This document shows positions 1 to 7,321 of a stretch of DNA of 16,513 bases, one piece after another (position 1 is the first letter of the stretch; every line of letters begins with the position of its first letter). The notes beneath the pieces are model-generated. The model saw nothing but the letters and a program-made list of their open reading frames with translations. It did no database searches and had not been told where the DNA came from. Both the position numbers and the translations under genes were made by a program. The DNA comes from Helicobacter cinaedi CCUG 18818 = ATCC BAA-847 (GTDB lineage: Bacteria; Campylobacterota; Campylobacteria; Campylobacterales; Helicobacteraceae): positions 50,621 to 67,133 of the forward strand of contig NZ_DS990391.1 of NCBI RefSeq assembly GCF_000155475.1, in the 5' to 3' direction.

Positions 1-62
1 TGTGGCAATTATAACAAATGCAGGGACTTGTTTCAAATGGGGTTTAAGGAGGGTTTTCTCTT

Positions 63-608
63 TTGATAGACTTATCTACCTATGGTGCTATTAGCTCTGG
101 ATATGCTATGGGTATTGGTGCTGCTAGAGCGGCTAGTTCTAAAAATGCAGCTTCTGCCGTATCTAGTGCTAATGCTTATATGGATAAACTAGGTTCATTT
201 AACGCTAGTGGTGGTTTAGGACAGCTTAAAGCAAATTATGAGTTAGCTGAGAGAGGATTTAACAATATTGCACTCAGTGGTAGTCCTAAAGAAGTGATAA
301 ATGCAAGAATGGCTATGGACAAAGCACGCAAAGCCTATAATAAAGGATTAGCAACAGAGGCAAGCTTAAATAGGCAATACAATGCTTTAAGCCCACAAGC
401 TAGAAAACATGTGGATAAAGAGCTTGGTGGCGATGCTGGAGGGAGTGATGAAAGATGTGCGAATGTTGTCCAACTAGCTGATAAACAAAAAATTGGAGTG
501 CAGTCCTTTTTGTTTAAGCAATTCTTTTCTTCCAAAGATAATCAATATTTTCTTTGCTCGTGTAACAGCAACATTGAGCAAGTCACTTTCACCTTTGTTA
601 AAGAATAA
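63..608 (+). CDS. hypothetical Ala/Ser/Gly/Asn-rich low-complexity protein (TTG start; 3' end overlaps antisense helicase-fragment ORF)
   Basis: 181-codon open frame with in-frame stops upstream at 12-14 and 45-47. AAGGAGGG at 46-53 lies about 10 nt before TTG 63. Composition is strongly biased (A/S/G/N-rich, 'GIGAARAASSKNAASAVSSANA') with no recognisable domain. The last 45 codons overlap minus-strand ORF 474-716, so the true 3' end and even coding status are uncertain. Confidence 0.3.
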   Translation: MIDLSTYGAISSGYAMGIGAARAASSKNAASAVSSANAYMDKLGSFNASGGLGQLKANYELAERGFNNIALSGSPKEVINARMAMDKARKAYNKGLATEASLNRQYNALSPQARKHVDKELGGDAGGSDERCANVVQLADKQKIGVQSFLFKQFFSSKDNQYFLCSCNSNIEQVTFTFVKE

Positions 609-716
609 GCTTTGAGCATTCTTTGCATCAAAGCTTTCTGCCGTTAATATGCCGCCGTATTTCTCATTCTCTGTGATAGTGTCTTTCTCATCTTTTGTGT
701 ATATGAATAGCCTCAC
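474..716 (-). pseudogene. C-terminal fragment of an SF1 (Upf1/AAA_12-like) helicase; helicase motif VI retained, core missing
   Basis: 80-aa ORF with GTG start containing 'LLNVAVTRAKKILIIFG', which matches SF1 helicase motif VI (NVAxTRAK). No Walker A/B or motifs I-V are present anywhere nearby. It is in a different frame from ORF 713-1102 immediately upstream, consistent with an internal deletion or frameshift remnant. Confidence 0.4.
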
Positions 717-1102
717 ACACCATCAAATAAAAATCCAAACATTTTGATTCCAAGATATTTTTCATCTTTAAGATAATTTTGTGCCTGTATTTTTTCTGTC
801 TCAATATCTTTCTTTGACAGCAAATTGAACGCTTTGTATTCTATTATGGTGTTCCCATACAAAAAATCACTTTTGCCACCTATATGCCCATTGCTATGGT
901 GCCTTTCGTGCTGAAATGGTTCGTATGTCTCGATGAATCCTAAATTCCTTAAAAGCAGATTTAATTCATTTTCAAAGATATAGCGCAGATCCTCTTCTGA
1001 TTTAGCGTGTTTTAGGGGTGTATTTCGAGAGCAAATCTTTTGCTTGAACTGATTGTAAATGTCTAATTGCTCATTCGTAAGATTTTCAAAATCGTGTATC
1101 AT
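713..1102 (-). CDS. PD-(D/E)xK-type nuclease domain protein (NERD/restriction-endonuclease-like); probably the N-terminal remnant of a nuclease-helicase
   Basis: 129-aa ORF containing 'GKSDFLYGNTIIEYK' (a D ... hhExK arrangement typical of PD-(D/E)xK nucleases). A candidate -10 TATAAT (minus strand, plus coords 1131-1136) and GGAG precede the ATG at 1102. Its stop overlaps the GTG start of the following out-of-frame helicase fragment. Confidence 0.4.
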   Translation of the reverse strand: MIHDFENLTNEQLDIYNQFKQKICSRNTPLKHAKSEEDLRYIFENELNLLLRNLGFIETYEPFQHERHHSNGHIGGKSDFLYGNTIIEYKAFNLLSKKDIETEKIQAQNYLKDEKYLGIKMFGFLFDGV

Positions 1103-1130
1103 TTTTGTTTGTTACTCCATAATTAAGTGG

Positions 1131-1136
1131 GCGGAT
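1131..1136 (-). promoter_or_regulatory. candidate -10 element (TATAAT on minus strand) for the nuclease-like gene, next to the GAATCTA-N5-TAGATTC palindrome at 1144-1162
   Basis: Plus strand ATTATA at 1131-1136 reads TATAAT on the minus strand, about 30 nt upstream of the ATG at 1102. A perfect 7-bp-arm palindrome gaatcta/taatt/tagattc sits 8 bp further upstream and could be an operator. Confidence 0.25.
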
Positions 1137-1221
1137 TATAGCAGAATCTATAATTTAGATTCAAATGAAAATTTGGTAGTAAATGGATTCTGTGTGTAGA
1201 GAAGTTTGCCTATTCTAAAAT

Positions 1222-1318
1222 ATTTAAGGGGCTAATAAAGAAAGTATCAAAAGGTAATTTAAGGTAGCCTCTCACTTAAGAGTACCCCACAACCACCGGC
1301 AGGATTAGCCCCTTAAAT
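1222..1318. repeat. 15-bp perfect inverted repeat (ATTTAAGGGGCTAAT ... ATTAGCCCCTTAAAT) enclosing a 67-nt loop; potential long hairpin, structured RNA or miniature element
   Basis: 1222-1236 is the exact reverse complement of 1304-1318. A third partial copy (TAATTTAAGGTAGCC, 1254-1268) lies inside the loop. It is located in the 444-bp intergenic region between the flotillin 3' end and the nuclease-like gene. Confidence 0.6.
1261..1272 (+). repeat. 12-bp motif AAGGTAGCCTCT (copy 1, inside the hairpin loop); inverted copy at 3104-3115
   Basis: Exact 12-mer shared in opposite orientation with 3104-3115. The two copies bracket the flotillin gene. Confidence 0.4.
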
Positions 1319-1379
1319 TGAATGTATTGTAGTACAATCAAGCTTAACTTTCAATCAACAACATACAAAAAGGAATAAA

Positions 1380-1469
1380 ATGGCTTTTTCATTGCAAAAT
1401 CCAGAATATGAAAAAATAAAGAGAGAATGCGTGTGGAATAGGTGTATCAAGCAGAAAGCTAGAGTCTGA
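1380..1469 (+). CDS. candidate 29-codon small ORF (MAFSLQNPEYEKIKRECVWNRCIKQKARV) with Shine-Dalgarno
   Basis: AGGA at 1371-1374 lies 5 nt before ATG 1380. TACAAT at 1333-1338 sits inside the palindrome ATTGTAgTACAAT about 40 nt upstream. The peptide is hydrophilic with two Cys. No homology can be asserted, so this is very speculative. Confidence 0.12.
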   Translation: MAFSLQNPEYEKIKRECVWNRCIKQKARV

Positions 1470-1499
1470 GCATGATGTTTAGAGATTCCAAGCAAATTC

Positions 1500-1530
1500 A
1501 AAAAAACCACCCACTTAGAAAAGCGGTGGC
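1500..1530 (-). terminator. putative Rho-independent terminator of the flotillin gene (minus strand)
   Basis: On the minus strand gCCACC-N13-GGTGG is followed by TTTTTTT (plus-strand A-run 1500-1506), 17 nt after the flotillin stop. The stem is short (5-6 bp), hence moderate confidence. Confidence 0.35.
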
Positions 1531-1546
1531 ACTTCAGCAAGAAGGG

Positions 1547-2947
1547 CTAAGCTCCCTTATTACTATTATCCCCTTGCCCCTTGATGGTGGTGAATTTCTT
1601 TAACAAATCTTTGCCTATATCTATTTGAGCTAATCCCTCAAGCATAGCTCCCATGCTCATACCACCTTTTGAGGATAAAATCTCTCCTACTTTGCTTATG
1701 CCATTTTGCACATCACCGCCATTAGCGATGATTTTCATATCAGCACTCGCTAGGGCTTTAGCTTGTTCTATACCTATTTTTTCATTTGCTTCTACCTGCC
1801 TAATGGTAACAAGATATTGTTGGTATCCCTCATTCTCGCCGATCTCTTTTGCAAGTGTGATTTGTGCGGTTACTGGAGCAAGCTCTTTTAGTTTTAAGGA
1901 TTCAGCTTCAGCTGTCCCTATCTTAAGAATACCTTGTGATTCTTTGTCTTTCATCTCTAGCAATGCCGATGCCTCTAAAAACTGCCTTTCTTTGTCAGCT
2001 TCCGCACTTCTAATGGTTGCTGCTTTTCTAGCTTCAGCATCTAGCTCAATTTTCTTTTTCTCCTCTTCAGCCTTAACAATTTCAGCATCTTTGTTAATTT
2101 CTGCTTGTTTTACTTTTTCAACACGAAGAACTTCCATTGTCTTTTCCCGAGTAGTTTTCTCTTGTTCTTTAATGGCTTGATTTGCCTGTTCTCTACTAAT
2201 AGCAACTTCTCGCTCATTCTCCACAGTTTTTAGCCCTATTGTTTTGTTTGCTTCTTGCTGTTTAACTTCTGTGGCTTGTTGAGCTTCAATTTCAGCCATT
2301 TGAGCTTCTTTCTTGTTATTTGCCACTTTAATACGACTTTCTTTTTCAATTTCAGAAATCTTTTTGTTCATAATATTGGCAATAACCTGACTTACCTTGG
2401 AATCTCTAATATCCATTAGTTCTATATTTTTTACAGGCTCAATACCCCAGTTTTTAAGCTGTTCTTTCACAGATTCTGTAAAGTCATCTCCAAGCTCTGA
2501 GCGCACCTGTAATATATCTTCCAAATTTCGGCTTGAAAGAATTGAACGAATGGAACCTTGAATAATATCTTCAAGTTGTGTATGTAAGTCAGTGAAATCC
2601 CTTACTCTTTGTGCTGCTAGATTAGAATCATTAACTCTAAAAAAAGCTGTAATATCTACCACAAATGGCAGTCTTCCCAAATCATACGCCTCATATCCTT
2701 CAATTTGGATAGAGAATACAGATACGGGCAGAACAATCTTTGTAACACCTATAAGCGGGAACCACGATGGAAATTCATAGTATGTATTACCATTCCCCGT
2801 ATCTTTGCCATAGGAAAGAGTTTTCCTTGCTGATTGAACTATATGCACTTCATTTGTTGAGACAACTACTCTAAAAAACAATGGAATAACTATCAAAAGT
2901 ATTGCTGCTACTACTGCGATAGCAATGCCTATGGATATAAACAACAT
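1547..2947 (-). CDS. flotillin-like SPFH/band-7 domain membrane protein (YqiK/flotillin family)
   Basis: N-terminal TM helix 'MLFISIGIAIAVVAAILLIVIPLFF', an SPFH-like region, then a long Glu/Ala/Lys-rich coiled coil (EAQMAEIEAQQATEVKQQEANK ... AEEEKKKIELDAEARKAA) and a flotillin-type C-terminus. The six-frame ORF extends to 3034, but AAGGAG lies 5 nt before the in-frame ATG at 2947 (Met30), which starts directly at the TM helix, so 2947 is the likelier start. Confidence 0.85.
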   Translation of the reverse strand: MLFISIGIAIAVVAAILLIVIPLFFRVVVSTNEVHIVQSARKTLSYGKDTGNGNTYYEFPSWFPLIGVTKIVLPVSVFSIQIEGYEAYDLGRLPFVVDITAFFRVNDSNLAAQRVRDFTDLHTQLEDIIQGSIRSILSSRNLEDILQVRSELGDDFTESVKEQLKNWGIEPVKNIELMDIRDSKVSQVIANIMNKKISEIEKESRIKVANNKKEAQMAEIEAQQATEVKQQEANKTIGLKTVENEREVAISREQANQAIKEQEKTTREKTMEVLRVEKVKQAEINKDAEIVKAEEEKKKIELDAEARKAATIRSAEADKERQFLEASALLEMKDKESQGILKIGTAEAESLKLKELAPVTAQITLAKEIGENEGYQQYLVTIRQVEANEKIGIEQAKALASADMKIIANGGDVQNGISKVGEILSSKGGMSMGAMLEGLAQIDIGKDLLKKFTTIKGQGDNSNKGA

Positions 2948-3103
2948 TAATGCTCCTTTTGTGTTTGAAATATGTGTATGCGACTGGTTTTTGCGTACTG
3001 AATGAATCTTAACAGAAAAAGAGTATTTTTTCAAATGGATAATTCAATTCCTAGATACAAAATCTACGCTATTTTAGCTATCAGCACTAGATATTTCTAC
3101 AAT

Positions 3104-3115
3104 AGAGGCTACCTT
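3104..3115 (-). repeat. 12-bp motif AAGGTAGCCTCT (copy 2, inverted), about 157 bp upstream of the flotillin start
   Basis: Plus strand AGAGGCTACCTT is the reverse complement of the 1261-1272 copy. It is immediately adjacent to CTACAAT. Confidence 0.4.
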
Positions 3116-3120
3116 CATAA

Positions 3121-3698
3121 TCATATACAAACCATTTTTTCCGATTCCAAATCTGCCCCTAGAATCTTTTCAATCATTGCTGAAAAATAAAACAACACAA
3201 AAAGAAAAACAAAACTTACCACTACTGCCATAATCGCCACAAGCATATTGCTCTCTTCAGCGATCACTATCACACTTGCTAATGTCCCCGGTCCTACAAG
3301 CATAGGAAACGCCATAGGGATAATACTCCGCTTAAACAACTCCTCAAATTTAAGTTTCTTATACTCGGAGTAATCCTGCTTTGCAACAGCAAAAAGCAGA
3401 TTTTTCAAACTCATCACAATAAGGATAATCCCCCCCCCCCCCCAGCTACCCGCACAGAATCTAGATTCACCCTAAAAAGATACTGCATAATAAATGAGCC
3501 TGTCAGTAAAAAAATAAGCACAATCAATAACGCTGTCCATAAAATATTCCTAAAAAGCTTTTGCCGCAATGGTGTATGCACCTCATCAGTCATAGCAAGA
3601 AATTGCGGTAAATTCCCAAAAGGATTCAGCACCGCAATGATTGTTATTGCGCCTAGCCCCACGAGATGAAAGGTGGATTCTAAATTATCAAAAAACAT
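3121..3698 (-). pseudogene. MarC-family (UPF0056) integral membrane protein gene, frameshifted at an internal poly-G tract in this sequence (putative phase-variable gene, currently OFF)
   Basis: The 5' half (3414-3698) encodes 'AVLNPFGNLPQFLAMT', the hallmark MarC N-terminal motif. The 3' half (3121-3417) encodes 'IIPMAFPMLVGPGTLASVIVIA', the MarC C-terminal motif. The halves are in different frames and are joined by a G14 run (C14 on the + strand, 3430-3443). AAGGA lies 6 nt before the ATG at 3698. A tract length of 15 or 12 would restore a single reading frame of about 190 aa. Confidence 0.8.
3430..3443. repeat. homopolymeric C14 (G14 on the coding strand) tract inside the marC-like gene
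   Basis: Counted directly: 14 consecutive C at 3430-3443. Encodes the GGGGG run at the end of the upstream ORF fragment. Confidence 0.95.
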
Positions 3699-3739
3699 AC
3701 ATTTTCCTTAAAAATTTATGAGAATGAAAACCCTAAAAA

Positions 3740-3749
3740 ATTATAACCA
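3740..3749 (-). promoter_or_regulatory. candidate TG-extended -10 (TGGTTATAAT on minus strand) for the marC-like gene
   Basis: Plus ATTATAACCA reads tggTTATAAT on the minus strand, about 45 nt upstream of the start at 3698. Confidence 0.3.
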
Positions 3750-3774
3750 TTTTTATTTAAGCTTGAGATTCAAG

Positions 3775-3799
3775 TTGGCATATTTGGTGCATTTATGCC
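3775..3799 (+). promoter_or_regulatory. sigma-54-like GG-N10-GC element (TTGGCAT-ATTTG-GTGCA) overlapping a 7-bp inverted repeat (TGGCATA ... TATGCCA), about 160 bp upstream of flhA
   Basis: GG at 3777-3778 and GC at 3789-3790 are separated by exactly 10 nt, as in the -24/-12 consensus TGGCAC-N5-TTGCW. The -12 box is imperfect (GTGCA). The same bases form the hairpin-capable IR 3776-3782 / 3793-3799, so an operator or structural role is an alternative. Confidence 0.2.
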
Positions 3800-3893
3800 A
3801 CTTGTATTTTACGCCAAGTTCTACATATAAGATTCTATCTCAAACCCCCACGCCCCACAAAAACAAACCCAAAATATAAAAATTTAAAAAATC

Positions 3894-3903
3894 TTGCTAC
3901 AAT
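3894..3903 (+). promoter_or_regulatory. candidate TG-extended -10 promoter (TTGcTACAAT) for flhA
   Basis: TGcTACAAT ends about 52 nt upstream of the flhA TTG start, with an AT-rich upstream region. Helicobacter housekeeping promoters typically lack a conserved -35. Confidence 0.35.
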
Positions 3904-3955
3904 ACGCCCTTATTTGATTTGGGGATACATTTCATTTTTCACATAGGACAATACT

Positions 3956-6160
3956 TTGACATTCAACACAGCATCAATCTTAGATAGAATCACGCCGTTT
4001 TTCAAAAATCTCTCGCAAAGCACAGAGATGGTTGTTATTGTCTTTATGATGCTTATTGTCGGCATTATCATTGTGCCACTGCCAAGTGTAATGCTTGATT
4101 TTTTACTAAGCATTTCCATTGCCCTATCTATTTTGATTATCCTTATTACGCTGTATGTGGATAAAGCCACGGAATTTTCAGCCTTTCCTACTATTTTGCT
4201 TATTGTTACACTCTATCGCCTAGCCCTTAATGTCGCCACCACCCGTATGATTCCAAGTGAAGGACATAATGGCGTTGAGGCTGTAAGCAGTATTGTCGCT
4301 GCTTTTGGGCATTTTGTCGTGGGCGGAAATTATGTCATTGGGATTATTGTTTTTACCATTCTTGTGATAGTTAATCTCATCGTCATTACAAATGGCTCTA
4401 CTCGTGTTACAGAAGTGCGTGCGAGATTCACCCTTGATGCGATGCCCGGTAAGCAAATGGCAATAGATGCGGATTTAAACGCTGGGCTTATTGGGCAAGA
4501 TGAAGCACAAAAAAGACGCGATGCGTTGGCTCAAGAGGCGGACTTTTATGGCACAATGGACGGAGCAAGTAAGTTTGTCAAAGGCGATGCGATTGCCTCT
4601 ATTATTATCACCATTGTCAATATCATCGGCGGATTCTTAATTGGCGTGTTTGAACACGGAATGAGCGTGAAACAAAGTGCGGAGACTTTTACAATCCTTA
4701 CCATTGGTGATGGGCTTGTTGGGCAGATTCCCGCACTCATTGTTGCTACTGCTACGGGTATCATTACCACGCGTGCAGCTAAAAGCTCTCAAACAAATTT
4801 TGCGGGAGATATTATCACGCAAATTACAGGTAGCTCAAAAATCTTAAGTATTGTTGGCTTTATCTTAATCCTTTTTGCCCTAGTTCCCGGACTTCCTATT
4901 TCGCTTGGTTTTGTTGGGGTGTTTTTCCTTGCGGTGGCGTGGCTTGTGAGCCGTGAAGATATGGGGAGTCTTTTCTCTATGGTGGAGAAATTTATCAGCA
5001 AAAAAGCCTCGCCAAATAGCAAGAAAGCCGATGAAGATTCACAAAAAGAGATAGATATTGAAAAGCATAAAGCTCAAAGGGTGCAGAAAAGCGAAGAAGA
5101 GATTAAAAAAGAAGAAGAAGCTATCATTAATGAAGCACTTAAAGTTGAAACACTAGAGATTTATCTAGGCTATCAGCTTATCCGTCTAGCTGATGTCAAG
5201 CAAAATGGCGACTTGTTAGAAAGAATCCGCTCTATGCGTAAGAAAATCGCCACAGATTATGGCTTCCTTATCCCGCAGATTCGCATTAAGGATAATCTCA
5301 ATCTCCAGCCCACCGACTATGAAGTTTTACTTAAAGGCGTGAAAATCGGCGAAGGCAGTGTATTGCCTGATAAATTTTTAGCTATGGATACAGGAATGGT
5401 AGCAGAAGCCATTGAAGGAATCCCTACAAAAGAGCCAGCCTTTGGGCTTGATGCGTTGTGGATAGATTCTAAAGATAAAGAAGAGGCGATCATTCGTGGC
5501 TATCATATTATTGATCCCTCCACGATTGTAACAACGCATATGACAGAGCTTATTAAAACTTATGCAGAAGAGTTTATCACAAAAGATGAAGTCAAAGTGC
5601 TTATGGATCGCCACGCTAAAGACTATCCTGTGGTTGTAGGAGAGGCATCTAAGATTCCTATGAGCATTATTATACGCGTTCTGCGTGAGCTTTTACACGA
5701 GAAGATTCCAATCAAAGATTTGCCGACCATTTTAGAATCTATCACAGATACCTATCCCATCTTGCAAGATGATACCGATAGTATCGTTGAGCAAGTCCGC
5801 TCCCGCCTAGCTAGGACAATCACGGATATTTTTAAAGCCGAAGATGGGAATCTTAAGATATTCACACTCTCCCTTGCAACAGAACAATACCTAATAGATA
5901 GGCTTAAAGAACAGCCCGGCGGGAAAAACTTTGTGCTACATTCAAATGAAGTTCAAAAGCTTGTAGATTCCATACAAGAAGAAAGCCTAAAGCTTATACA
6001 AAAAAATATGACGCCTGTGCTACTTGTGGATTATAGAATCCGCAAACCCCTTGTCAAGCTCCTTGAGCCATTTAGGGTAAATATTACCATTTTGGGTAAT
6101 GCCGAGATTGACCCACACGCGACCTTTGAAGTTGTCGGCACACTCAATATAGAATTTTAA
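3956..6160 (+). CDS. flhA: flagellar biosynthesis protein FlhA (type III export gate component)
   Basis: 734 aa with unmistakable FlhA signatures. These are the N-terminal TM region '[30 protein letters not shown]', '[26 protein letters not shown]' and the FHIPEP-type cytoplasmic domain. The TTG start has AGGA 7 nt upstream, and the N-terminal length matches Helicobacter FlhA (about 13 residues before the 'TPFFKNL' region). Confidence 0.95.
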   Translation: MTFNTASILDRITPFFKNLSQSTEMVVIVFMMLIVGIIIVPLPSVMLDFLLSISIALSILIILITLYVDKATEFSAFPTILLIVTLYRLALNVATTRMIPSEGHNGVEAVSSIVAAFGHFVVGGNYVIGIIVFTILVIVNLIVITNGSTRVTEVRARFTLDAMPGKQMAIDADLNAGLIGQDEAQKRRDALAQEADFYGTMDGASKFVKGDAIASIIITIVNIIGGFLIGVFEHGMSVKQSAETFTILTIGDGLVGQIPALIVATATGIITTRAAKSSQTNFAGDIITQITGSSKILSIVGFILILFALVPGLPISLGFVGVFFLAVAWLVSREDMGSLFSMVEKFISKKASPNSKKADEDSQKEIDIEKHKAQRVQKSEEEIKKEEEAIINEALKVETLEIYLGYQLIRLADVKQNGDLLERIRSMRKKIATDYGFLIPQIRIKDNLNLQPTDYEVLLKGVKIGEGSVLPDKFLAMDTGMVAEAIEGIPTKEPAFGLDALWIDSKDKEEAIIRGYHIIDPSTIVTTHMTELIKTYAEEFITKDEVKVLMDRHAKDYPVVVGEASKIPMSIIIRVLRELLHEKIPIKDLPTILESITDTYPILQDDTDSIVEQVRSRLARTITDIFKAEDGNLKIFTLSLATEQYLIDRLKEQPGGKNFVLHSNEVQKLVDSIQEESLKLIQKNMTPVLLVDYRIRKPLVKLLEPFRVNITILGNAEIDPHATFEVVGTLNIEF

Positions 6161-6169
6161 GGATAAGAA

Positions 6170-7294
6170 ATGCAAGTTTATCATCTCTCACACACAGATT
6201 TAGACGGTTATGGCTGCCAGTTTATCGCTAAAGAGTTTTTCAAAAATATCACTTTTTACAATGCTAATTACGGCAGAGAAGTGCTTGTGCGGATTAATGC
6301 TATTTTAGATACTATCACGCATTCCTCTCAAAATCTAAGTATCTTGCTTAGTCAAAAATTTGTCAAAAGCAAAAAATCCCCTGCTTCAAACGCTTCGCAA
6401 GATAAATTCCTTGTGCTGATTACAGATTTAAATCTCACACTAAATGAGTCAAACTACCTGCAACAAAGAATAGAGGAGCTAAAAATTAATGGCGTTGATG
6501 TGGAGCTTTTACTTCTAGATCACCACATCAGCGGACAGGAATGTGCGGATAAATATGAATGGTATCATTTAGATTCTACGCGTTGTGCGAGTAAGATTAC
6601 CTTTGATACGCTGATTACACGAGAGAAAATGCTAGATTCTACGCGTGAAAAATGGATAAGAAATGCAAGTGAAATGATAAACTCCGTGGATATTTGGCTT
6701 GAAGATGGCTATAAATTTGACTTTGGCAAGGTGGCTATGGGAGCGATTAGCGGGAGCTTTGAGCTGAATAGATTTATGTTTGATGAAGAGCATAGATTCT
6801 ATAAATTTGCCATTTTAGAATCTGCTAGAGAGTTTTTAGAGCAGCCAAATGGCGAAGTGGCATTTGATAATGCCCTGTATGAGATTAAAAAACGCGCCCT
6901 TGGTGGAAACCCACAAACGGAGACAATGGATACAATTACTTCAAATGCCCAAGTCAAGCTCTTAAGCCAAAAAAAGGATTCCTGCACCATTTTTTACAAT
7001 GACAAAAAAGGCTTTTTAAGCTACTCTATGGGCGGTGTGAGTGTGCTAGCTAATCTTTTTTTACGCACAAATAGTGAGTATGATTTTTACCTTGATGTGA
7101 ATCCACGCGGTAATGTAAGCCTTAGGGCAAATGGGAATTGCGATGTGAGTGAGATGAGTAGAGAGCTTTTCAATGGTGGAGGGCATAAGAACGCTTCGGG
7201 TGGGAAGATTGAAGGATTCAAAGAAAGCTTCTCGTATATGGATATAAAATCGCAGATTGAGTATATTCTTAATAAACACCAAGAGATTCAATAG
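6170..7294 (+). CDS. DHH/DHHA1 family phosphoesterase (NrnA-like oligoribonuclease / pAp phosphatase)
   Basis: DHH motifs 'HTDLDGYG' (DxD), 'LITDLN' and 'LLLDHHISG', plus the DHHA1 'GGGHKNASGG' motif near the C-terminus. AGGA-type RBS 6 nt before the ATG. It lies immediately downstream of flhA, as does the DHH-family gene in Helicobacter pylori. Confidence 0.85.
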   Translation: MQVYHLSHTDLDGYGCQFIAKEFFKNITFYNANYGREVLVRINAILDTITHSSQNLSILLSQKFVKSKKSPASNASQDKFLVLITDLNLTLNESNYLQQRIEELKINGVDVELLLLDHHISGQECADKYEWYHLDSTRCASKITFDTLITREKMLDSTREKWIRNASEMINSVDIWLEDGYKFDFGKVAMGAISGSFELNRFMFDEEHRFYKFAILESAREFLEQPNGEVAFDNALYEIKKRALGGNPQTETMDTITSNAQVKLLSQKKDSCTIFYNDKKGFLSYSMGGVSVLANLFLRTNSEYDFYLDVNPRGNVSLRANGNCDVSEMSRELFNGGGHKNASGGKIEGFKESFSYMDIKSQIEYILNKHQEIQ

Positions 7295-7321
7295 ACAGAT
7301 TCAACAAAACAAGGAGAAGCG

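Noticed and set aside
1228-1320. Possible SRP RNA, tmRNA or tRNA-like gene because of the GGGGCTA... 5' end and long stem
   Set aside because: No SRP domain-IV motif (GGAA / AGCAGC), no tRNA-like T-arm or CCA end, no RNase P or tRNA consensus boxes. Only the generic inverted repeat is supported.
1653-2180. 175-aa plus-strand ORF
   Set aside because: Entirely antisense to the well-supported flotillin gene. Ser/Ala-rich mirror translation of the coiled-coil region. No RBS.
3002-3190. 62-aa plus-strand ORF between flotillin and the marC-like gene
   Set aside because: Overlaps the flotillin N-terminal extension and the marC 3' end. No RBS. Region better explained as a minus-strand intergenic or promoter region.
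3910-4170. 86-aa minus-strand ORF
   Set aside because: Antisense to the flhA 5' end. Ile-rich mirror of the flhA TM region.
4220-5614. Five minus-strand ORFs of 61-78 aa (4220-4456, 4546-4770, 4637-4822, 4789-5022, 5378-5614)
   Set aside because: All lie inside flhA on the opposite strand. Typical shadow ORFs.
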